The notes under the pieces: generated by a model
Told to the model about the DNA's origin: nothing
The model's input: the letters and a program-made list of their open reading frames with translations, nothing else
The model's database searches: none
Program-made: the position numbers and the translations under genes
DNA from: a virus
Taxonomy: Duplodnaviria; Caudoviricetes
Direction: 5' to 3' (one strand)
Virus record (IMG/VR): IMGVR_UViG_3300019742_000001
DNA length: 64,000 nucleotides
Shown: one piece after another, positions 55,982-64,000 of the stretch
Position numbering within the stretch: position 1 is the first letter of the stretch
Layout: the number at the start of each line of letters is the position of its first letter

Positions 55982-56673
55982 TAATACTCACCCCAAACGA
56001 TAGATCCATATACTTCACTGACCGCACAATCAGATGTAAATCTATAAATGTACATCATACCATCATCACCATAATACGATATATCGGTTCCATCAGGTAT
56101 TCTTATCTCACCACCATTCATACTAAATACTGGAGCATTTATTCCATTATGAACTATTTTTAATATCAACACCCAATTCAAATCTGTTGGTGATGTATCT
56201 GGTAATTGTATATTAACGTCACCTGACATTGTTAGTCTTTGTACATTTCCTTGTGATATGTATATAGGAACATCACCACTAACAGACCCCAAATCGTGTT
56301 CTGTTTCTGTATAACCACCTATAGACATATTATTATCGTCTATCCAGTTAACAGTATCAAACACCAATGATTGTCCAACAACAGGATTTGTTGTTGTCAC
56401 GTCTCCTATATCGGTAATACTTAATATATATTCTAATGTGTTTTCCCAAACACTACCGGTATACACAAGTAATTGATTTTCGACTTCACTTTCCAAAGTA
56501 ACATCTAATAGATCACCAACAGACAGACCATTCAATAAAGGTAGAATAACACCTGTTTTTACGTGATCAAATGTTGATGTTTTACTAATACCTTCTTGTC
56601 TTACTATAAAAATCTCATCACCAACCAATGTTCCTGCTGGTGTATATTCTGTTATGTCATAAAACTTAGCCAT
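55981..56673 (-). CDS. MAKFYD-family tail protein 1
   Basis: Paralogous to the next two ORFs (GDV repeats, IDLxxGNVQ domain). Confidence 0.7.
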   Translation of the reverse strand: MAKFYDITEYTPAGTLVGDEIFIVRQEGISKTSTFDHVKTGVILPLLNGLSVGDLLDVTLESEVENQLLVYTGSVWENTLEYILSITDIGDVTTTNPVVGQSLVFDTVNWIDDNNMSIGGYTETEHDLGSVSGDVPIYISQGNVQRLTMSGDVNIQLPDTSPTDLNWVLILKIVHNGINAPVFSMNGGEIRIPDGTDISYYGDDGMMYIYRFTSDCAVSEVYGSIVWGEY

Positions 56674-56690
56674 TATTCCTCCCTACAATG

Positions 56691-57386
56691 TTAAATTGAT
56701 TCTATTAAATCAAACGTCCCATATACCTGAGACGAAGAGACATCAGAAGTAAACCTGAATATAGTCAAATCTCCATTTTCACCCATATCAGTTGGTGATA
56801 TTCTCTTATACCAAATCAACTCTCCATCATCAGAACTGAAAGTTGGTATATTAGATCCATCAAACAACACTTTCAAAACTAACGTCCAACTATAACCATC
56901 TTCTGGTAATGGAGGAAGGGTAATATCCAACCCTCCTGTGATCTGCAATCGTTGTACATTACCCAACGATAGATCTATAGAATATGTACCAGAGTGCATT
57001 CCCAAATTCGTCTCTGTTTCCTTATACCCTTTGAGTAGGAGACTATTACTATTAGACCATAGATCATCGTTCACAACCAAGATTTGACCCTTTGATGGAG
57101 TAACAGTTGTAACATCTTGTAGTTCGTTTATACTTTCCAAAACGATTTTATTGTTTACCCACACATCACCAGAATAAATCAACACATCACCTCTTGATAT
57201 ATTGGTAATTGTAACATCTGATAATTCTGATATACTCATTTCTGACAACAAAGTTGATAATATACTACCAACTATCGACGAGAAATTTGTTGTTCTACAC
57301 GTATCTTCTTTATGTATAATAAAATACTCATCACCAACTAATTCGTCAGTTAAAGGATATTCTGTTTGATCATAAAATTTAGCCAT
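56691..57386 (-). CDS. MAKFYD-family tail protein 2
   Basis: As above. Confidence 0.7.
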   Translation of the reverse strand: MAKFYDQTEYPLTDELVGDEYFIIHKEDTCRTTNFSSIVGSILSTLLSEMSISELSDVTITNISRGDVLIYSGDVWVNNKIVLESINELQDVTTVTPSKGQILVVNDDLWSNSNSLLLKGYKETETNLGMHSGTYSIDLSLGNVQRLQITGGLDITLPPLPEDGYSWTLVLKVLFDGSNIPTFSSDDGELIWYKRISPTDMGENGDLTIFRFTSDVSSSQVYGTFDLIESI

Positions 57387-57398
57387 TTTTGCTCCCTA

Positions 57399-60300
57399 TT
57401 AATCCAAAACTGTTATAGAATATGTATACACAACACCATATGTACCAAAGATCATTTCACCAGTTATAACCTCTTCCCCTTCAGCGGAAACAACAAAATA
57501 ATTATCAGACATAGCAACAGCAGAACCAAACCAATCATAATAACTGGTACTATATTCATTTGGAGAATCTATTGTTTTTATCAATTCTCCTGTCAAGTTG
57601 TCAAATAGATAAGCCTTTCCTACTGTGTTATAGGAAGAATCATCCTCGTACGAGGCACCAACTACTGTATATAAATTATTACAACTAACTGACCCACCAA
57701 AGTAATCACCATCACTTGTTCCGTATGCATTTGGATTATCTAATGTATGTAACAACTCCCACGTAGAGGTAGAATAAATAAACGCTTTACCTGACTCATC
57801 ACCACCAGCATCACTCTCTTCTGATCCAATTACACAGTAATCACCTGACATCGAAACTGACCTACCGAAAGAATCGTATAGACTCACATCATATGCATTG
57901 GGATTAATCAATGTATGTAACAACAAACCTGTTGTCGTACTAAACACATATACCTTACCAGAACTACTTTCTGGTTCGTCTGCATTAGGACAACAAACAA
58001 CAGCATAATCATCTGACACAACAACCGACTCACCAAATCTGTCATATTGACTCTGGGATAATACATTAGGATTATCTAATGTATGTAGTAATCCACCCGT
58101 TGATGTATCAAATATATACGCTTTTCCTGTATCAGATTGACCAACATCATCCTCACTCCAAGCACTAACTAATGTGTATAAATCAGTGCAACTAACCGAA
58201 TACCCAAATTCATCATTTGTGCTTGTTCCGTATGGATTTGGATTATCTATCGTGTGTAATAACTCCCATGTAGATGTTGAATATACATACACTTTACCCG
58301 ATGATGATCCATCAATATCATCTTCTCGATAAGCACTACACACAGCATATGAATCTGATAATGCGACACTCCAACCAAAATGATCATAATAATGGGTTCC
58401 GTATGGACTAGGATTTTCTAATCTAACCAACAGATCACCTGTTGTGGTGTCATAAACAAAAACGCTACCAGATTTCTCTTCCAATTCGTCATTTTCTGTT
58501 GGAGCACCGACCAAAGTATAATCATCATTTATCGCAATAGATGTTCCATATGCATTTGAATCAATATTAGCCAAACCACCTTCATTTGGATTTGCTATTG
58601 TAAGTAAAGTGTCACCTGTCACAGCATCAATTTTATAAACAACACCAGAATACTCACCTTGTGCATCGTCTTCATACTTTGCACCAGAAATAATTTGGTC
58701 ACCTACCAGACCAACAGACCAACCAAAAAGATCACCGTCCATAGTAAAGTTTGTATTAGGATTTTCTAAAGAATGTGACAAATTACCTGTCACTACATCA
58801 AATATGTAAACAGCCCCAGAACTTGTTCCGTCAATACTATCTTCATATGGAGCACCTACTACAGCATATGTATCAGATATTGCAACCGAAGTTCCATAAA
58901 AATCACCACTTGGTGTGTTATATAGATTTGGGTTAGTGAGTGTATGTAACAAATTACCTGTTACATTATCAAATACATACGCCACACCTGACTCATATCC
59001 AGTTGCATCTCTTTCTTGATTGGTGCCAACTATACTATAAGAATCACTTATAGAAACTTGTTTCCCAAAATCATCACCATAACTCGTACCATAAGAAGTT
59101 GGGTTATCTAATGTGTGAAGGAATCCACCTGTAACTGTATCAAATATATATGCTTTACCTGCGCTGGTTCCACCCGCATCATCTTCGAAAATCGCACCAA
59201 CTATACAATATGTGTCTGTTATTGACACCGAAACACCAAACTGATCACCAGCAACGGTTCCATAGGCATTTGGATTATCTAATGTATGTACTAAATTACC
59301 GGTTAAATTGTCAAAAATATATACTTTACCTGAACTTGTCCCACCTGATTCATCTTCATATTTCGCACCAACTGCACAATATGTATCTGATATTGCAACG
59401 GCATATCCATAATAATCACCTGATGTCGTACCATATGCATTTGGATTAACCAGATTGTGTAGTAGTTCACCTGTCGTTGTACTGTAAACATAAACGGCTC
59501 CTGTATACGTACCACCAGAACCATCTTCTCCATAAGCACCTACTATCGCATATAATTCAGATATTCCAACAGAGTAACCAAAATAATCAGCATATGGTGT
59601 GTTATATATATTTGGGTCAGACAATGAATGTAATAATTCACCTGTTGTAGAATCAAATATATAAGCCATTCCAGATGAATTTGCACTTGACGCACTAACA
59701 ATATCTTCTTCCCATGCACCCGATATGATATAACTACTAGAAAATCCAACAGCAGCACCAAAAGAATCTCTAGTTGACGAATAATATTTCAATGAATCTG
59801 TGTTAGAATAGATATAATCAAATTCTGTTATTTTCTCATTACCAGAAATCCAAGCAAGTGATCCATACACATTATCCAAAAATGCATCAGATAAAAATGT
59901 GTATATCAATGTGTTATCTCTTTCTGTTGTGATCGTAGGTAAAATACCTCTTGACCACATAAGTGTACCATCTATAGACTCAAATGTTGGGATAGTTGAT
60001 GAATTACACACAACCTTTACAGCGAATCCCCAATGCTCGTTTATTGGTGGTAATGATGGAAGTCGTAACGTCAGTCCACCAGACGAAACAACATTTTGTA
60101 CGTTACCGTTGTTTAGATCTATCTCATACGTTCCTGTTGTAACAGGAATGGTATACTCAACTTCGGTAGAACCACATAGAATTGGATCGTTTCCGTTTAC
60201 CCAATCATAACCGTTCCATATTAATGTCTGTCCATCTGTTGGTGTGTGTATTGATACATCACCAACAACAACCCCTAATTTTCCAATGGATGATTCACCG

Positions 60301-60533
60301 TTTGTATAAACACTACCATCAAACAACAATATATCACCGTAAGATGGGGTTACAACCGTTACATCATAGAAATTACTAATAGATAGTCCGTCCAACATCG
60401 GTACAACTACATCAGAAACTATTTGGTCAACTGTGACAACTTTTGTCACATCATCTTGGTATATCATGAAACTCTCTTCACCAAGTAATACATCTGTCTC
60501 AGCGTAAGTGTTTCTATCATAAAACTTTGCCAT
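57399..60533 (-). CDS. MAKFYD-family tail protein with 14 FG-GAP-like repeats
   Basis: 14 DxFGxSVxxS..(I/V)VGAxxED..G(K/A)xYxF units. Confidence 0.8.
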   Translation of the reverse strand: MAKFYDRNTYAETDVLLGEESFMIYQDDVTKVVTVDQIVSDVVVPMLDGLSISNFYDVTVVTPSYGDILLFDGSVYTNGESSIGKLGVVVGDVSIHTPTDGQTLIWNGYDWVNGNDPILCGSTEVEYTIPVTTGTYEIDLNNGNVQNVVSSGGLTLRLPSLPPINEHWGFAVKVVCNSSTIPTFESIDGTLMWSRGILPTITTERDNTLIYTFLSDAFLDNVYGSLAWISGNEKITEFDYIYSNTDSLKYYSSTRDSFGAAVGFSSSYIISGAWEEDIVSASSANSSGMAYIFDSTTGELLHSLSDPNIYNTPYADYFGYSVGISELYAIVGAYGEDGSGGTYTGAVYVYSTTTGELLHNLVNPNAYGTTSGDYYGYAVAISDTYCAVGAKYEDESGGTSSGKVYIFDNLTGNLVHTLDNPNAYGTVAGDQFGVSVSITDTYCIVGAIFEDDAGGTSAGKAYIFDTVTGGFLHTLDNPTSYGTSYGDDFGKQVSISDSYSIVGTNQERDATGYESGVAYVFDNVTGNLLHTLTNPNLYNTPSGDFYGTSVAISDTYAVVGAPYEDSIDGTSSGAVYIFDVVTGNLSHSLENPNTNFTMDGDLFGWSVGLVGDQIISGAKYEDDAQGEYSGVVYKIDAVTGDTLLTIANPNEGGLANIDSNAYGTSIAINDDYTLVGAPTENDELEEKSGSVFVYDTTTGDLLVRLENPSPYGTHYYDHFGWSVALSDSYAVCSAYREDDIDGSSSGKVYVYSTSTWELLHTIDNPNPYGTSTNDEFGYSVSCTDLYTLVSAWSEDDVGQSDTGKAYIFDTSTGGLLHTLDNPNVLSQSQYDRFGESVVVSDDYAVVCCPNADEPESSSGKVYVFSTTTGLLLHTLINPNAYDVSLYDSFGRSVSMSGDYCVIGSEESDAGGDESGKAFIYSTSTWELLHTLDNPNAYGTSDGDYFGGSVSCNNLYTVVGASYEDDSSYNTVGKAYLFDNLTGELIKTIDSPNEYSTSYYDWFGSAVAMSDNYFVVSAEGEEVITGEMIFGTYGVVYTYSITVLD

Positions 60534-60546
60534 TATATATCTCCAA

Positions 60547-62280
60547 TTAATCGTATAGATATTCTTCTATGTTATCTATTAGTGGTTCACCTGTATGGTC
60601 TAATAATATACCATCTAGTATTTTAGCTTCCTTCTTAATCCTAAAATGGGTCACAAAATTCATACCCTCTGGTTTGTAAATACCACTAAGTTTGCTGTAA
60701 ACTATCCTTGTTCTATTAATTCTTTTTACACGATTATTTATCAATTCCACACCGATTATTTTGTAATCTCGGATACCTAATTGTTCAATAGCTTCTGAGG
60801 TAGCCGTAAATGTATAATAATAATTCTTGTCATCCATTTCCTCAAGATCAGTGGTACCTGACACAAATGGTCTATAATCTGGGTTATATGGATCAAAGTA
60901 ATGTATTGTTTTATCCTCTTTACCAACCATCATTGCGATTGCGTCTTTTGAACCTTCAACAAGACTTGTGAAAACTTCATCATCTGTCTCTATTGATAGT
61001 CTCCACTCAACATCCATCATGACACCATCGGCACCTATCGGACAAATACCAAAGAATGACACAACATCACCAACTGGACTTATTGCGGCAAATCCAAGAA
61101 ATGGTATCAACAAATCATCAATATCAAGTGATTCACCCAAAGGATTAACATTGTCTGTTGGACACCAAAGGATTGTGACCTGTGGTAATCCAAGATCATC
61201 CAATTCATCCAACAGAACATGTGTTGGTTGAACCAAATCATTGTCTGGGTTGTAACAATTCACCTGAAATATATTAGAATCTAATGGGTGATCAATTTGC
61301 CATGCAATCCATTCCTGACCTTCATATACATAATCTGTTGTTATCTTTGAAACATCATCGAATATCCAGACTTCCTCTGTTACCTCAACATCATTAACAC
61401 CATCATCATCAGCATCATCATAATATGTTAATGTTAAAGCCTCATGTACATATGCCTGTGAATTTGGATAAACACCGTCGATTTGGTTTGTATTAACGTC
61501 AATACTTATACCATCTTGTGGGAAATACACGGTATTTTCTTCGTCACGTACTTGTGTAATCACCTCTCTACGATTCAAACCATGTCTCATTCGTATGGAA
61601 GTAGGTGACACATAAACCCCACTTGGTGTTGATTTGGATAATAACACTACACCGTTTGTTGGTCTATCAAACCTAACCAACACAGTATTTTTATCTATAA
61701 CTTGCACAAACGATGGTACTTGTTTGTTAAAGTTCTGATCATATGATGTGATAATAAGGTCTTCTGTAAACAATGTATGTCTAACAGACCAACTATCAAA
61801 TTCTTCTCGTTGAATGTGTATAAAACTTTCACTATCAAATTTTAAGTTTACATTTGAATACGAAAGACTTTGTGTTGTATTTGGTCGTTCATATAATGTA
61901 TACACCTTTCCAGTTAAATCACAATAAGGAGAATAAATTATATTATATTCCGCATGTCTATTTACTGGTCGTTGTTGTTCCCAATTCTTATACAAAGCAA
62001 TAGACATTTCTTTAGGAAGTATCTCAAATGTAGTGAATGGTTCAACACTTAAATCAAGTTCTGCCTTGAAATGTGGAGACAACATTTTACCATCAGCGGC
62101 AAGATATCCTTCTGGATAGTTGGCTGAGTTATATTTCGAATACCAGAAGTCACCAGCACCTTTAGACCCATCAGGTCCAGTTTTACCATACAATCCATAA
62201 TAGATATAATCCTCAAATACAACTTCTGGTGTATATGTTTCCATTGATGGTAATGAATAAATTTTTACACTACTTGACAT
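60547..62280 (-). CDS. putative baseplate/tail structural protein
   Basis: Repeated H.L....VQ.xD units; position in the structural operon. Confidence 0.6.
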   Translation of the reverse strand: MSSSVKIYSLPSMETYTPEVVFEDYIYYGLYGKTGPDGSKGAGDFWYSKYNSANYPEGYLAADGKMLSPHFKAELDLSVEPFTTFEILPKEMSIALYKNWEQQRPVNRHAEYNIIYSPYCDLTGKVYTLYERPNTTQSLSYSNVNLKFDSESFIHIQREEFDSWSVRHTLFTEDLIITSYDQNFNKQVPSFVQVIDKNTVLVRFDRPTNGVVLLSKSTPSGVYVSPTSIRMRHGLNRREVITQVRDEENTVYFPQDGISIDVNTNQIDGVYPNSQAYVHEALTLTYYDDADDDGVNDVEVTEEVWIFDDVSKITTDYVYEGQEWIAWQIDHPLDSNIFQVNCYNPDNDLVQPTHVLLDELDDLGLPQVTILWCPTDNVNPLGESLDIDDLLIPFLGFAAISPVGDVVSFFGICPIGADGVMMDVEWRLSIETDDEVFTSLVEGSKDAIAMMVGKEDKTIHYFDPYNPDYRPFVSGTTDLEEMDDKNYYYTFTATSEAIEQLGIRDYKIIGVELINNRVKRINRTRIVYSKLSGIYKPEGMNFVTHFRIKKEAKILDGILLDHTGEPLIDNIEEYLYD

Positions 62281-62312
62281 TTATAATATTCTCCCGTTTA
62301 TTTCATATAAAA

Positions 62313-63998
62313 CTATAATGGAACAGGTCCAGTTGACTCGGATATGTTGTGTGTAAATCCAAAGAAAGTGTTTGATATCGCAACCTGACCCGCCAGTTCC
62401 GTATCAAAGTCATTGTCATCAGTATCTTCTATAACCATGATCAGTTCCCATGTAGATGTGTCATAAACATATGCTTTACCTCTATGATCATAATTACTTG
62501 TATATGCATCTGGGGAACCAATTATCGCATGTGTATCTGATATTGCAACAGATGATCCAAAATAATCTTTGTATGTACCCTGTATGTTTGTATTTTGTAT
62601 TGTCTGTACCAACAAACCAGTAACAACATCAAATATATACGCTGCTCCTGCATTATATGAATCACCAACCCCTTCTTCATAGTGAGCACCAACTATCGCA
62701 TATGTGTCTGATATATCAACAGACCACCCAAATTCATCATAATTTGGTGTGTCTTGGTCGTTTGGATTTTCAATTGAATGTAATAATGCACCTGTTTTAG
62801 TGTCATAAATGTAAACATAACCAGAAGTCAAACCTTCTCTATACGCACCAACTATTGCATAATTATCTGTTATTCCAACACTCCAACCAAAATAATCATA
62901 TTCATACCCTGAACTACCTCTTGGATCTTCAAGTGACCACAACAATGTACCAGTATTGACATCAAATATATATGCCGCCCCAACATACCAATGATTCAAC
63001 TGACTTTCTTCGTATGCACCAACGATCAAATAATTCTCTGATAACGCAACACTTGTACCAAACTCATCTGAATCACTTGTATCAAACATATTGGGATCAT
63101 CTAACGTATACAATAATTCCCCTGTTGATGGATTAAATACATATACTTTACCTGCATATGAACCATCGGCATCATCTTCCATCCACGCACCGACTGCGGC
63201 ATGTGTGTCAGTTATAGCAACACTATGACCAAATTCGTCACGATCAGGTGTGTCATATCCATTCGGGTTAATTAATGTATGTAAAGTTTCTCCTGTTTCA
63301 TTTGAGAAAATATACGCTCTACCAGAATTATATGCATCTTGATCGTCACCTTCGGCACCACTTATGGTATATAATGAAGAAACATCAATGTCTACACCAA
63401 AATAGTCAGTATCAACATCAGCAGGGTTATCAAATGTTTGCATCAACTCAAACCCCTCACTACCAGTTGTTATTGGAGCCACATCATCATGCCATCTTTC
63501 CAACACATTAAATATATTTTGTGAGTTTCCACAAAAAACACTGTAAATAATATACATTGAAGCATAAGTACCTTTACGTTTCATCAACCATATCAACTCA
63601 TCGGCATATTCTCTATAGGCATCAACAAACCATGCTGGTATAATGTCTGTCTTTGGTGCATCATACAGTGTAGGAATGTAACCAAGATATTTAGGATCAC
63701 ACTCTCTACCATCACGCAACGACCAAATATCTTTAAGTAATTGATAACCCTCTCCATATACTTGATCAAAATACGTATCTAAAAATTCAACCAAATTAGG
63801 TGTTCTGTTATTTTCAGGTAGTGCCGCCTGAACCCAATCCTTCAATCCATTAAAAACGACATGGTATCTGTTTGGGTCAGATACATTATCCTTTGGTGAA
63901 GTAAAAACTTCCCCGAAATACAAAAATCTCTTGTCTGTATTGACATAGTTTCTAACAACAAAATCGATTTCATATTCTGTCTCGTAATAATCCTCAGC
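62313..63998 (-). CDS. baseplate-wedge-like protein with 7 FG-GAP-like repeats (5' partial, runs off window)
   Basis: Frame open to the window edge; LVEFLDTYF..RD...DPKYLGY..MKRKGT wedge-type segment then 7 repeats. Confidence 0.65.
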   Translation of the reverse strand, partial: AEDYYETEYEIDFVVRNYVNTDKRFLYFGEVFTSPKDNVSDPNRYHVVFNGLKDWVQAALPENNRTPNLVEFLDTYFDQVYGEGYQLLKDIWSLRDGRECDPKYLGYIPTLYDAPKTDIIPAWFVDAYREYADELIWLMKRKGTYASMYIIYSVFCGNSQNIFNVLERWHDDVAPITTGSEGFELMQTFDNPADVDTDYFGVDIDVSSLYTISGAEGDDQDAYNSGRAYIFSNETGETLHTLINPNGYDTPDRDEFGHSVAITDTHAAVGAWMEDDADGSYAGKVYVFNPSTGELLYTLDDPNMFDTSDSDEFGTSVALSENYLIVGAYEESQLNHWYVGAAYIFDVNTGTLLWSLEDPRGSSGYEYDYFGWSVGITDNYAIVGAYREGLTSGYVYIYDTKTGALLHSIENPNDQDTPNYDEFGWSVDISDTYAIVGAHYEEGVGDSYNAGAAYIFDVVTGLLVQTIQNTNIQGTYKDYFGSSVAISDTHAIIGSPDAYTSNYDHRGKAYVYDTSTWELIMVIEDTDDNDFDTELAGQVAISNTFFGFTHNISESTGPVPL

Positions 63999-64000
63999 AA

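Noticed and set aside
1407-63511. Plus-strand ORFs and short alternative-frame minus ORFs in the ORF track
   Set aside because: They are shadows of longer minus-strand genes, lack RBSs and have low-complexity composition.
1-64000. CRISPR array
   Set aside because: No regularly spaced identical repeats; the repeats seen are tRNA scaffolds, coding repeats and hairpins.
1-64000. Stop-codon reassignment or suppressor tRNA
   Set aside because: Conserved genes are full length in code 11 and use all three stops; the alternative TTA and TCA registers in the 6917 and 3337 tRNAs do not form stems.

Overview
About 64 kb of an AT-rich T4-like large/jumbo myovirus genome (uvsX, gp46, gp47, gp55 late sigma factor, TATAAATA late promoters, sigma70-type early promoters). 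Essentially all genes are on the minus strand. From left to right: a GH108 lysozyme next to a PpcA/c7-type triheme cytochrome (pointing to a Desulfuromonadales/Geobacter-like host); a ~10 kb tRNA/ncRNA island (29 apparently intact tRNAs covering all 20 amino acids, several tRNA-like RNAs, a YrlA-like Y RNA, a probable GOLLD/ROOL-class large RNA, two HNH endonucleases and thyX), whose first transcription unit starts with a leader-peptide attenuator-like element; a late structural module; DUF932, an N-domain-less ClpB, a J-domain-like protein, uvsX and gp46/47; gp55; and a large tail/baseplate region with a tandemly duplicated 5.6 kb two-gene cassette and FG-GAP beta-propeller proteins. At least eight unrelated ORFs share a C-terminal acidic LFxI tag. 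All calls come from reading motifs by eye; no searches were run.
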